A stretch of 60,327 nt of DNA, filler included, from Catajapyx aquilonaris (Eukaryota), in assembly GCA_000934665.2 (NCBI GenBank). It is 2 parts of 2 records of this genome, joined end to end, with 100 filler letters (N's around TTAATTAATTAA, not from the genome) between each part and the next. Parts side by side here need not be neighbours in the genome. Positions count along the whole stretch, not along the records: positions 1 to 30,146 come from JYFJ02004686.1; positions 30,247 to 60,327 come from KZ539196.1. One strand, written 5' to 3'. The notes below the pieces were generated by a model, which searched no databases, was not told the DNA's origin, and saw only the letters and a program-made list of their open reading frames with translations. Numbering within the stretch: the stretch's first letter is position 1; every line of letters begins with the position of its first letter. A program made the translations under genes and the position numbers. Of this stretch, positions 25,610-38,536 are shown piece after piece.

Positions 25610-25941
25610 CAGTGGAGTCTCAATTATCCAAACACCGATCAACCAAAACCTCGGTTAACCGAAAGCGTTCGAGCCGCCAAATTCAAATTTGCATGCGAGA
25701 TTTGGCAAAAAAAAAAAAAGTCTCAGTTCTGAAACAAAAGAAAATACATGTATTTGATTTCTTTTCCTAAACTGGAGGCATCCTTTAATGTATGTAGTGT
25801 AGTGTATACTACCTTATGTAAGGTATATGTATATTTAAGACGTGACTGTGATACAAAATATATCGTTTTTCGGTTATCCGAAAAATCAGTTATCCGAACA
25901 CCCCCAGTCCCCCATTGTTTCGGATAATTGAGGCTCCACTG
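25610..25941. mobile_element. pogo/Tigger-like MITE
   Basis: TA-CAGTGGAGTCTCAATTATCC...GGATAATTGAGGCTCCACTG-TA. Confidence 0.85.
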
Positions 25942-26050
25942 TACCCGCATTCTCCCCTTAGAGAAGACTTTCATGAAGAGGTTTAGCTCCCTTAATCTGT
26001 GATTTATAATCATAACTGTGAGAAATAATTTTTTCCCTGCTCATCCTGTA

Positions 26051-27117
26051 CAGTAAAAACTTCTACAGGGTGATTCTCTCCATTGGAAACCCAAACATTC
26101 ATCAATAAATTTTTAACTATGGTATGGTTCCCGATGAAAATTGACATGTACTTACCTTGTATCATGCCAAGCAAGGTCTGACTAAAGAATAATTATACCA
26201 AAAGTGGTCCCCTCCAGCATCCAAGAATTTTTTTAAATCAGAGTCTGCATATTGCTGAAGACTCCTGCTGATTCCCGTTGCCTTGAGATGCCCGCCCGCC
26301 AAGTAGGCTGGCCGGCGGGGATGAGTGCAATCCCTGCTGGGAATCAGCAGGAGTCTTCGGCAATATGCAGACTCTGATTAAAAAAATTCCTGGATGCTGG
26401 AGGGGACCACTTTTGGTATATTCTTTAGTCAGACCTTGTTTGGCATGATACAAGGTAAGTACATGTTAACTTTCATCGGGAACCATACCATAGTTAAAAA
26501 GTTATTGAGGAATGTTTGGGTTTCCATTTGAGAGAATCACCCTGTGTAAGTCGAATCTCCATGGGACCAGAAAAAAACTTCGAGTTATAGAAGATTCGAG
26601 TTAGAGAAGTTTGGAATTTTTCAAGCACATAACTCTATAAGGAAGCATACATTTATATCCAGCCACGAAAGGTTTTCAAAACTTTAAAATAACTGTCACT
26701 ATCACACTACAATGTTTCTCATTGTGTTGTTGTAAAAAACTCCGTTATGTACACTTGCCTATTTTTAGACTGGCTCTCACTTTTAATAAACGATTCAATT
26801 GTCACAATCTAGTCAAATACTTCTTTCGGTCATTGCTGTCATTACTGGTAGACGGAGATCACATGTGGCCTACTCTCGACCCTTCGGCTGAGAAATGAGA
26901 AAATTTTCCGTCCTCGCCAACATGAACTTCGACTTAGGGAGACTTAAAATGCATTGATATCCCATCGTAAGGCCCTGCCTGCACTTCGAGTTATGGAGAA
27001 CTTCGAGTAATAAAAATTCGAGCTAGGGAAGTTTATTTCCTATTCTTTTACATTGTGACCAACCAAGCTCATCATTTTCTTCGACTTAGGGAAGTTTGAC
27101 TTATAGAAGTTTTACTG
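26051..27117. mobile_element. pogo/Tigger-like MITE whose left TIR is interrupted by another MITE
   Basis: TA-CAGTAAAAACTTCTA[insert]TAAGTCGAA ... GACTTATAGAAGTTTTACTG-TA; internal TTCGAGTTA repeats. Confidence 0.8.
26066..26544. mobile_element. Tc1/mariner-type palindromic MITE
   Basis: Inverted arms of about 205 bp starting CAGGGTGATTCTCTC; second copy starts at 60005. Confidence 0.9.
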
Positions 27118-28065
27118 TATATAAGACGCCAGGAACAAATGGGTTAATGGAGGAAGAGGGAGTCAGTAGCCCCAACACAACATACATCCCCCTATAAAGA
27201 CCCTCAAGCATCCACTTGTTCTGCCAATTATATTATAGGTCCTGACTCTTTCTTTCTCTCTGCATTAGTACTTGAATCAACAACATAGCGCAGGTTGTAA
27301 CTATGTAGGATTTTCATTGCAGTTACAACCTTGTAATTCTCACCCCACGATATTATGTCCACATTGTGTTCCAAAATTCATGGCTTGAAAAGACACAACA
27401 GAGGCTGTTTCCCTATTTACAAATCTATGGAAGTATGCATCACCTCTCAGCTTTTCAGCCTACTCTCATGCTGGGGTGCACCATTGGGGATTTCACTCAA
27501 AACCCAAGGGTAATCATTGTTATTAATTATTTTACAACTACGTATTAATAACTGGCGTAACCCCAGAGATTTGAGCAAAATTCGCTATGGTGCAACCCAG
27601 CCATAAAGTTACTACTTGCCATAAAATAGTGAGACACTGGATTCAAAACAAACCAGAAAAGAATCGAAGCACAGTGCCAATGGAAAGAGTGGCACCTTCT
27701 GGGATCAGTTTTTCCACGTGCAACAGTAATTTTTAGAGGAGGTTGTTCCTATCATTTCAGAGGGCAAAATAAAACTAAGATTGTTCAGCAATTGAATAGG
27801 TGATTTTGAAAAGGGCATGATTCAATGCCCTTTTCATGTGAATATTGCCCTTTTCAAAACGACCAATTCAATTCTGGTATTGTCTATTGTGAATATTTAT
27901 GTTTGAAAGTCTGGAACTTTCTCCTTTCAGTAACTTTTAATAAGCAATGGTAGATGCCATCCAGTTTTTAGAGTTGCTTATAGTTCAATAAAGCTGATGT
28001 TCATTGCAATCAATGATTGTGTATTTCTAGTTGTAGTGTGTGATAGCCATTTAGAAGAGGTATTA

Positions 28066-28998
28066 CCTTACCCAAATCCCATAGTTTACGCGTGCCCCCA
28101 AAAAGTGGAGGGGTGGGGGAGTAAACAAAATGTGACAAAAAATCCCAGTGAAGATTACATGGACTTTAGAATTGATAATGATGAAGAGTAACAATGGAGC
28201 TAGGATGGCACCAGAGTTAAAGTTAATTTGATAGTTAACAACTGAAAAAAATATGATTACACTTCTGACAGTGAATTTCGGTGGGGTCTGGTAATAATTC
28301 CTGTCACTACATTAATTTGTTACATAGCAGGAGATTTATTTTAATGACGAACCTGAGGGGCCACACAAACCCAAAGACTGAATTGAAATTAATTACAAAA
28401 AACTTGTCGCTGAATTAAAAATGTCGATATATCGTTTAAGTTTTCATAATTTGCTACCCCTTTGCTGAACTACATTTAACATTGTTATTTATTAATAAAT
28501 TAAAATGTGATGACATTGTGTATTTAGACCTCAGTCCAATGTGCTACGATAAAAAATTTCGATTGAATGAATGTGAAATGGCTTTTTAAATCCCTGCACT
28601 CAAAAATGCACAGAAAATTCGACATTTGCAAGTCGTGATAAACATTTTTAAATTCAGTCGTGGATTTTTTGTAATCAATTTTAATGCTGTCTTCAGGTTT
28701 GTGTGGCCCCTCAGGCTCATAATTATTAAAATTAATGTCCTGCTACGTAACAAATTAATGTAGTGACAGCAGTTATTACCAGACCCCACCGAAATTCACT
28801 GTCCAAAGTGTAATAATATTTGTTTCTGTTGTTAACTGTCAAATTAACTTTAACTCTGGTGCCATTCTAGCTCCATTGTTACTCTTCATAATTATTAATT
28901 CCAAAGTCCAGATAATCTTAACGGAGATTTTTCATCACATTTTGTTTTCTACCCCACCCCTCCACTTTTTGGGGGTAAACTATGGGATTTGGGTAAGG
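28066..28998. mobile_element. Full-length TA-target MITE with long internal inverted duplication
   Basis: TA-CCTTACCCAAATCCCATAGTTTAC ... GTAAACTATGGGATTTGGGTAAGG-TA. Confidence 0.9.
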
Positions 28999-29000
28999 TA

Positions 29001-29100
29001 CTATATCGCCCAAAAAGATAGAGACGATTTTGCATTTGACTCAAGTGCAACTTGCACTTGAATCAAATGCCAATCGTCTCTATCTTTTTGAGCGATATAG
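29001..29100. mobile_element. Short palindromic MITE inserted at the TA abutting the previous element
   Basis: Same family as 7161-7265; TA on both sides. Confidence 0.85.
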
Positions 29101-29989
29101 TACATACAATGGGCAACTAGTAGTGCATGCATATCAATTTCATTAGACTTCAACTTCAGTGAACAATATGCGAACAATGTGCCATTTACAAATCAAAGTG
29201 CCAAATTGCACTTTCCTACTGTCTTTTGTGATAATTTTAAATAGTAATCTGTGACTTTCAAGTGCCCACAATACCAAAAGCAGTAGAAAAAAATTAATAT
29301 TTTTGACCCATATCTACCCCAGAAAATTATCACACTCAGCAACTTTGATCTTGGAATATGTCTTTTCTCCATCACTTCTGGAAAAAAGACATCTCTATCC
29401 AGGAGCAACTTCAGCTTGCCTCTTAAAAATATTTCCCATCGCCAGCTTGCTTCAACCTTTTCTCTTCATGCCCTATTGGCTGTATGCAGTTCTTTACTGC
29501 AATTTGGGAAGCCATGTAATGCCATATTATGCCGTAAGCAAACAAAATGCAGACTACATGGAAGAATTAAAATTGCATAGGAAAAGTGATGTGCAGGGAT
29601 GGACTCACAAAATGTGCAACCTTGAGATAGGGGAACTGAGATTCACCCACTGTCTGATCATTTTTTTACAAAACATGTCATGCACATTAGTCAATATACA
29701 GTATATGAAAATAACAGTCCCTAGGAGACTGTTATTTTCCTATTTTATTGACATTTATTGCAAGAAACTAATATTTGGAAAAAAGGGAACAATTTTTTCT
29801 TAAAAACTAGTGGCACCTTGTCTCAATCATAAAATTCCTATAATAAATCAGCAAGTATTCTACAGTCAATACATGACAATAGAGCACAGCAGATTTTTAG
29901 TCACAACAATGCATGATAACACATTAATAAATTGACATCATATGATGACATAACATGGACTACCAGTATAATCATTATACATAGTCAAG

Positions 29990-30146
29990 GGAAACGGAGT
30001 GGCGCCGCGGTAACGCGTGCGCCCACGGAAGTGAAGGTCCCGGGTTCAATCCCCACCCTGGGTTCCCACCTTCTTTCGTGCAGAGTTGGGCCATCTCTGG
30101 CTTCGTTTCGGGTGGCAATTTCCGTTAGACTAAGCCACCCGGGGGA
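29990..30146 (+). mobile_element. tRNA-derived SINE (head 1), cut by the assembly gap
   Basis: GTGGCGCCGCGGTAACGCG...GGTTCAATCCCC, containing A and B boxes. Confidence 0.8.
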
Positions 30147-30246
30147 NNNNNNNNNNNNNNNNNNNNNNNNNNNNNNNNNNNNNNNNNNNNTTAATTAATT
30201 AANNNNNNNNNNNNNNNNNNNNNNNNNNNNNNNNNNNNNNNNNNNN
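30147..30246. other. Artificial contig-joining spacer (44 N + TTAATTAATTAA + 44 N)
   Basis: Exactly 100 bp and symmetric; the core gives stops in all six frames. Confidence 0.9.
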
Positions 30247-30439
30247 TTCGTCTCCCAGAAAAATTGCTTATACCCTCGGAATCAGGATTCCTTGCCCGAT
30301 TTTTAGAACACAACTTGTATTTTGAGTGGAGTGTCCCTTTAATATAGCATGAGCTCATATTTTCAATGACATTTACAAATATCTGTTCCAATGTAGGCCT
30401 ATACCTCCTTAAAAACAAGCCGATCAATGAGGGAAAATA

Positions 30440-30767
30440 CAGGGTGACTAATCTTTTTTGTCCGAACAGTTATCGGAAAATTGCGCGTAGCTGCTACTTT
30501 TTAAGCAGTGACTTGCAAACGGTGATTTTTCGGAGGAACGGGGAATATTCCCTGCGAATCGTAGGTTGAAGTGGCATACGTGCTGCCCGCTGAAAATTGA
30601 GCGTCAAGCCTGGAAAAAAGAGGGCTACACATGCCATGGGATGTGTGACCCTCTTTTTCCCCATTCCCCATTCCTCCGACAAATCACCGGTTGCAAGTCA
30701 CTGCTTAGAAAGTAGCAGCTACGCACAATTTTCCGATAACTGTTCGGACAAACTAGATGAGACACTG
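30440..30767. mobile_element. Tc1/mariner-type MITE
   Basis: Inverted arms of about 95 bp (TTTGTCCGAACAGTTATCGGAAAATTG...). Confidence 0.8.
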
Positions 30768-30832
30768 CAACTGCGAACGTACCCCCCCCCCCTCCCCGCC
30801 GGTCACTCGTATACCTTATACATTGCTCCCCC

Positions 30833-31113
30833 TGTGAGCTTAGAGGTCCTCCCCCACCGAGGGAGTTTGCCACGGGCGGCGCTGGGATCAACAACCTAGA
30901 TAGGTGCGCCACCACTAGAGGGAAATTCTGAAGCTCTTAGCTTGACTCCGATTGGCTGGGGTAGTATGGGCGACCTTAACTACCCCAGCCTATCGGATCG
31001 ACCCATATGGTTCACAATTTTCCCGCTAGTGGCGGCACACCTATCTATAGGTTGTTGATCCCAGCGCCGCCCGTGGCAAACCCCCTCGGTGGCGGAGGAC
31101 CTCTAAGCTCACA
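30833..31113. mobile_element. Palindromic MITE, unclassified
   Basis: Inverted arms of about 95 bp, TGTGAGCTTAGAGGTCCTCC...GGAGGACCTCTAAGCTCACA. Confidence 0.8.
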
Positions 31114-31535
31114 CAAAATGGCTGGGAGTGTCTGGGGGGGGGGGGNGGGGGTGGAACACTGGAACGTAGTACTCTACACATGATTCCACGCCAAGCTAGA
31201 GGGTGAGCTTATGTAAGAAGTCTAGGTGGAATTTTCACCACAGAAAGGGCCTAGGATTTGGTAATAGTCACGACAAAAAAATTTTACGCACAAAATATAG
31301 CAGACTAAGAAAAGCCGTAAGTAGCCCAAGTGGTACATGTTTTTCTGGAAGTTCTTAAGTAATGAGGAGGAGACGTTCAGCTACAAAGGGCCATCTGCCA
31401 AGCTCCAACCACTAAGTAAAATACGTAATAGGCTACTATTATTCGGCAATACGTCTTAATTCAAGATGTTGAGCCTCTTAGAATCACAAATGGCGAACCA
31501 CTAAAACCATTTCAGAAGGAACACCCTATTATAAT

Positions 31536-31876
31536 GGGGAGACGGAGTGGCGCCACGGTAACGTGCGCGCCCACGGATGTTAAGGTCCCGGGATCAAATC
31601 CCGCCCGGGGACACTCCCTTTATCCCGTGCAGAGTGTGGGTCGTCTCTGGCTTCGTTTCTGGGTGGAATATCCAATAGACAAATCCACCCGGGGGAGTTC
31701 ACAAAATGACCTCGTACAGCATTGCACTGCACTTTGCACATCCCCTCCTGTCATCCCGCCCGTGGGCCCGGGCGATTCGTCAAAGGTTCCAAACTTGTAC
31801 CATCTTGAATAAAGGCTGTGCTGATGCCCGCAAGGGTGAGCACTAACCCACAATAATAATAATTATTATTATTATT
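31536..31876 (+). mobile_element. Full-length tRNA-derived SINE (head 1, tail 2)
   Basis: A and B boxes; (AAT/ATT)n tail; flanked by a direct repeat AACACCCTATTATA (about 31520-31533 and 31878-31891), a probable TSD. Confidence 0.85.
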
Positions 31877-32471
31877 AAACACCCTATTATAGACTGAAAC
31901 ATACAAACTTGCTGACAACAGTCTCATTTTAGTGCATGCCTTCCCTGTTGATAAAGTCTGTGAGAGTCACATTGTGTCACCAGCTCTCCTTCAAGTAAGT
32001 TAATTCACAGTACAACAACTCTGCCATAGTTGCTATGATTGTCAACATACTCATTCATAACCTGAGGGAATGGCATTATCAAAAACAGTTCAGCATGGCA
32101 AAGTAGATATGGTTTATCCACTTCCCACTACACTACAGATCGCATGTTTCAAAAGCCAGAGTTGGGTAGTATAATATTACGGTGTAATGAAAGTAACAAG
32201 TCATTAGTGCTAACTGGTTACTTTTTAGAAATACGACATTAACTTAGTTAATTTTATGAATGCTCACAAATAAACAAATACTGTAACAGTAGTTGTTACC
32301 TTTTACAGAGAGGGTTTGTATTTAAATATTTTGTGGCATATCCCGCTGGTAAGTTATAATAAAGTTATTATACACATTCGTCTGAAAAAGACAAGACGCG
32401 TCACTGACTGTGAGCAGAAATATTCTGAAATAATACTTGACCGAATTTATTAATAATTATTTTTAACCGAA

Positions 32472-32752
32472 GCAGTGGTAGCGGAGGGGATATGGTATCC
32501 GACTGCTAATCGGGAGGTCCTGGGTTCGAATCCCGGTGGCCGCCGACCCTGACCGTGGTTTTCTGTGGTTTCCCATGGTCTCACCAGGAAAATCCCGGGG
32601 TCGTGTCCGTAATTATAGGCCACAGCCGCTTCCTTCCGTCCCTATCCCATCACCATATACGAGAAGTAAACACGAAAGCAAGAGTTCCAGATAAAAAAAT
32701 ATGGTGGTATCCCATCCCCCTAAAAGGGCCCATGGCCCTAGCACGGGGTACA

Positions 32753-32836
<84 letters not shown>
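32472..32836 (+). mobile_element. tRNA-derived SINE (third family) with (ATT)n tail
   Basis: B-box GGTTCGAATCCC; core GTTTTCTGTGGTTTCCC...AGGCCACAGCCGCTTCCTTCC; related minus-strand copy at about 43975-44147. Confidence 0.8.
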
Positions 32837-32837
<1 letters not shown>

Positions 32838-33931
32838 TTAGTAGTAATTGTAACTGTAACTAGTAACTTTTAAAAATTACTAACTCGGTCAAAAGACCTT
32901 CCTGATGCAAACAAAGTGCTAGCAAACATAAGTGGATTACTCACATGTCCATCTCTGTTAGCATGGGTTTCTTGGGTTTCCTCTCGCTCGCACTCTCCCA
33001 AAACCCCTCTTCCCTTTATGGTCCCGCACGATTTGCTAAATTCATTTCCTGATTCCTTCTTGCTTAGTCATGATTACTATGGTGCGGCGACGATAAGGCT
33101 CTTCCGAGCCATAATGGCTGGTCCCTATAAACCAGCCAACCAACCAAGGGGAGGTCTGTTAACTTGGAATGCAACGTTGTGCTAGATTAACAAAACCTGT
33201 GTGGAATGTCTTGGGTGTCACAATTCATGCTAATCAGCGTAAAATCAGCAGTAACTTTTGTCAAAATGTGGTTAACTTGCATGTGAAATTTTCAATTCTG
33301 AGGAGGTGCAAATCCCAATGTGGATGGCATGAAAGGGTGCTTTTTTGCACTAGTGTTGTTAATATACCTTGCACTCCCAGTTAACACACCTAGCAAAAGG
33401 TCGGTGGTATCATACATAACTTATACTTGTTTTAACTACAGTATTTTCTACCCTAATGGGTACTTGCAATTCATTGATGTACAGTTCATGCATACTCACA
33501 CGCACTCATTACAGACCTACACCTTCAAGTGTTAGGCTTCATGAGGTACAAAGACCTGTAGCGCACATTGATGAATTGTATGAGCTGGTCTAATGTGGCT
33601 TTTTTATGGTTTAAAGACCCTTGATCATCGCTGCGTGAAATATGGCTTGATTCGGGCAAGGCAAACGTGTTTATCATAACAAACACAAGGTTTGGGCATA
33701 AACAAGCACCACCACAATATTAACTATAGGCTTATAAACTACATTATTTTCCATTTCCAAATCAAAATTATAGACAAAATGTGGAAACAACAGGAACGTG
33801 ATAAACAAACAGCCAAACAATGCAATAGGCTATAACCATTTTTATGCAATGATTATGGGCAGTATTTGTCATTTCTGTTGACAAACAGCCCTCTGATGGA
33901 TACTGTACGGTATAAACTACTAAATAGCGGA

Positions 33932-34200
33932 GGTGTGGTGGCCGAGATGGTAACGTATCGGCTTGCTGAGTGAAAGGTCCCAGGTTCGATCCCCGCCTGG
34001 GAGTTCCCTTTCGCCTGCGTCGGGAGGGTCTCTGGCCTGCGCTTTGGAGGTGCCTGGCAACCTAACCTCCTTATGAGGAGCACACGACCCATTTAACGAC
34101 ATTGCACTTGCACATACGTTCCCTCCCCAAGAATCCATATCCTTACCCTATATGTCCTTGATTTCCCTGCACCGGAGTCTGAAGAAAAAACGGAAAATAA
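33932..34200 (+). mobile_element. tRNA-derived SINE (head 2)
   Basis: GTGGCCGAGATGG A-box and GGTTCGATCCCC B-box; homologous to 57300-57640 on the minus strand. Confidence 0.8.
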
Positions 34201-37200
34201 CTACGAAAATATTGTGCCACAGGCTCTATCACGGAGTAGCAAAAGAAACTACTGAATTGCCATCATTTGGGTATTCTCCCAATTGGTTAATTTTTTACAA
34301 TGTACAGTAGCCTATTATACTTACTAGGAAGCGTTGCCCGTGTGGTAAAATAGCGCCTTTACAGTACCAGCGTTATGGGAAAACTTTAAGCTACACTGTT
34401 AGTTTTAACCAATGGTACTCTGTAGTCTTTCAGATAACTTTATGAAACACTTTCAGTCAAATCATCAAGGCTGTTCACAGGTTCATGCCACCTATGCCTC
34501 TGACGTCGATTTTGGACAAAAGACGTCTCACGTAATAGCCGTTTGAAATGTTTTGCCAAACTTCGCAGCTCCTCAGCCATAATTCTTACTATACAGTTGT
34601 AGAAGACTTTTCGATTCAGAATGACGTCTTCTGTAAATAATTTCACGCTTTTATCATATTTTGCAACCACCCGGTATAGAGAAATAACTTATCTTCTATT
34701 CATGAAACGGAAATTCCGCTCGAACAGACGAGCATTACCATCCCAAGATATCTCCTATATAATTATCATTATGGCTGTATGGGGGTAAGATAAGGCCCCA
34801 GTGAGTCTGGACTGACTCATAACCTTGGCTGCCTTGTACAGAAACAAAGGGGTAAATTTTTGTCATACGGCTAACTTAGCAGTACCAGTGTTGGCAGTGG
34901 TACTGCTAAGTTAGCAGTAACTAGCAGTGGGACGAAAAAATCAAACAAAAATTTAATAACCAGAAACATACATAATAATTGTACCACTTGGCTATTTAAG
35001 TCACGTGAATTATACTAATATTTTGCTGAGTCACTAAAACATGCGATATTATCTTCAAATTACTTAAACCGCTACTAAGAACTATTTCTGACTACGCTAT
35101 ATAGCTTATGTGTTGTAGCCTACTCCAAGACCAGACAGGTTCCTCTTTTCAAGCGTTTTATGAATAATTTAGTTTTCAGTAGCCTAAAATTCCCTCTGCA
35201 GAGGTGTCCAGAGAAGCACCCTATTTATACCACTCTCGTTAATTATTTATGGGTCAGCTAGAGCAGCAGTATTTGGAACTCAGCCGATGCAGTCACATAA
35301 GTCTCTGTCATTACAAGGACTAAAAAGAACCTCTAGGATATAACTTAGAAAGAGTGGGCAAGAAAAGAGCATCTCCTGGAGGCAGGTGCACATGCAGGAC
35401 TATAGTGACAGTATATGGGAAGGCTGGATTTTGTCCAAGACTTCCATTATAATAGATGTGCACTGGGTGGGAGAAGCTGCAATTTTTAAAAAGGCAGTAG
35501 AATTTACTTATACAAATTATTAGCATCTCCCACAATCCCACCATTGGTATTGGTATAATATTTTATTCATCTTGTTATCACTGACATTCTACAGATTTCA
35601 GGTGTGAAAATGCAACGATGGATCAATGAGTGAAGTTCCCAGCGGTTTCAAAATTAACTTAATTATCAACGCCGTGGCCAGGAGGGGAAAGGAACAGGGG
35701 AATTGAGTAATAAACTCCCCCCAAACCAGGGATTAAAATCAAGGGGCGTGGGGGAAGGCGCAACCCCCCAACCGATTTTCCTGAGGAGAGGGATGTGACG
35801 CCTTCTCTCCAACTGTCCACGGAAATTGTTGTTTACGGCCTACTTCCCAACAACATTGCTCACCCAAAATATTTAAAAACTGAGCAAAACTGCAACACAC
35901 TCTGGTTTACAAGGGTTGACTTAATTGAATGCAAAAAAAATTATATGCTACAATCTGAATAAAGCAAATTAGCTTTATCGAATGATGCATATGATTTTCT
36001 ATTAAAATATTCGGTTGTAGCTATATGGAACTGAACATACTGCCATTATTTTTAGAGCTGCAGGTTTTCTTTTCATTTACCTGGAAAGTCTCTAAAAAGT
36101 AGCAATATTTTGACCTTTCCACCCCTGCAATTTATGGTAGACCCTGCTCCACAGACGTGCGCAAAGCAAAATTATGGCTAATTTCAGAATATTCCCGAAG
36201 GTGCTATTATATAATGCAAGATCTAACCAGGACTACTCTACAATATGTGGCCAAACAAAGACTGGCATGATCCTGAGGAAGGAGGAAAAAGGCCTCAATA
36301 GGCCATTTAGCAATCAGGCCACGATTGGTGCGGGAACTAGTTAGGGCTCCGCGTTTATTACCTGTGGGACTCCGGCTCTTGTCTATTCGTCTGCCTCCAG
36401 CAACTGGGCCTTTTTTAGGGCTGGAGTTTGCCCTGAATCAAGTATGGCAAGGCCACAATCATGGCGTCATAAACATTGCCATCGTATCATGTGTTAATTA
36501 TGAACTATCTGAATATTTAATAAAAGCAAGCGATAGGATGTGTAGAAAATGATCAGTGCAACTTAATTACTAGGAATCACTTGCCACGAGATGCCTTTAA
36601 AACGTGGGCCCATAAACTCATAATTACAAGCCCACCAATGAATTTGATAGTCTGGCTAACCGGGAACTCATATACTGTATAATTATGATGTAGTCTCTTT
36701 TTAATTGGCAAAACACTCCATGTGATTCCTACCTCCTCTGCCAACACTGAACGATAACATTTTGATAGAGCTATAAAACCAATCGAAGTTTATAATTCTG
36801 CCAATAATTTATCATTAATGAGGCAGTAGATATTGCTCCACATCCTTGTAGGAATTCGAAAAGAGTAGTCCATGATAGATGATGATATCTCTCCTTCGCT
36901 TAAATTCGAGCTCAGAGTGCCAAAATTCGGCGCTCGAAACTTTCTGAGAGCATTATTGCGAAAAAATGGGAATATTTGCGTTATCGCCCCATCATTTATG
37001 TATACTAAAGGTACACTACAGTATACATATTATGTCTTCCGATAGGATTCAGTTAATCCACCACCAAAAATATACACTCGTTTTGCTCGTTTGAGCTCAA
37101 ATATTTTTGGAGCACATCATATTCATCACATTTTTATTGCTCTCTGGGCTGTTTGTTTAAGATGAATGCATCATTTTTTACTTGCTCGTTTCAACGTTCA

Positions 37201-38368
37201 TCATTCCATACTGATCAACAACTTGTGTATTGCACGCAATTAAAGTCCACATAAAAGGTTAAATGCCTTTGGGGCCGTACCTATCCCAATCAATCTGTTC
37301 AATCCCTCACTTTGTACTCGGGTTGAAAAGCTCTCAGGCCTCATTTACAGTTGCCGTACAATTTTGGCCCTCAGTTTGTCCAATTCGTGCCTATGTAGAA
37401 TCCATTTTTCCGCCATGCTCCGATGCGATTTAGATCTGAAAGTGCCCATTATCGTAATTGAAAGTCAGCGTTTACGTTCAGGCTACTAGCATGGCACATA
37501 ATTAGAGAGAAATTGCCTCTTCCTTCCGGCATGTCGGTAAAATTATATGGCAATTTGCTGTGTTCAGCGGAATGACATAATCTGCAATATTCTTGAAAGA
37601 GTGGCTAATATTGTTGACTTATGATGTTGCCAATAGAGAGTGTACAGTACCTTTTTCATCACCTATACGAATAGACCTACGTATCGAAATCACTTCATGA
37701 TAGAAAAAAACAGTACGGTATTATTTTAATTCTCTGTAGACTAGTGTACAAGATTTAGTGAAACACACTATTAAGTCCAAAAACTAGTTTGGAGATAATC
37801 GAAGGCAAATATTGGACTTTGATTATGTTTACATGGTAGTGATAGAAAATCCTCACTGGCTCATTATGAATCTTTAAGACTAACATAATGGTATTCCCCA
37901 GGCAATAGAGCAGAAACATGCTACTTGGTGGTGAAAATAACTCAAAACAGACGTGACGAAATTGCATTTGGTGTGTTTCACTTGTATGCCGACGATCTAT
38001 CCCCGATATTTCAGTTACAAGGCCTGGCCAAATTTTGCGTAGTAATTTTCTTTGCCGAACAAATACCGTGTTTTGTCATGAGGCAAATCCCAGCATAAAA
38101 ACCGTACAGTATTAGCTTTACAGCCTTTCCCACATTGGTTCCTTGCAATAACGGGTCATCATGTTTAATATTCAAGCAGCACGCTCGTTTTTTTTTGTTT
38201 GTACAATAACCAGCAGTCCACCAAAGAGTCTGCTTATTGGCTTAAAAGTTGCAATTCCCCTACCCTTTTTTTCATCAATCGGCTTCCAAGTTGAAATTGG
38301 TTTGCGAATCTAGCAAGCCCATAAGTAACGCTTCCTTGCATCTCTTTTTTTCTCTCTTTTCCAACCAG

Positions 38369-38478
38369 TCGTGGTACGACTATAAACTACAGTGGGATCC
38401 ACGGGAATACGGCGGAGTTGAAATGCTGCACGTGCCCTCCGACCACATCTGGCGCCCGGACATCGTGCTCTACAACAA
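38369..38478 (+). CDS. nAChRalpha4: Nicotinic acetylcholine receptor alpha subunit (alpha4-like), internal exon with loop A
   Basis: 110-nt AG/GT exon encoding [36 protein letters not shown](N), with the WxPDIVLYNN Cys-loop receptor motif. Confidence 0.95.
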
Positions 38479-38536
38479 GTAAGCCACATGACAATTGTTA
38501 TTTCAAGCATTGGCTAGTCTGACTTTAGCTAGTATA

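Larger units (their letters stand above)
23963..27143. mobile_element. piggyBac-like non-autonomous element carrying nested insertions
   Basis: TTAA-CCCATTTGTTCCTGAGGTC ... GACGCCAGGAACAAATGGG-TTAA. Confidence 0.8.

Noticed and set aside
26575..27110. Spaced TTCGAGTTA/TTCGACTTA repeats, CRISPR-like at a glance
   Set aside because: Irregular spacing, eukaryotic context and no cas genes; these are pogo-MITE subterminal repeats.
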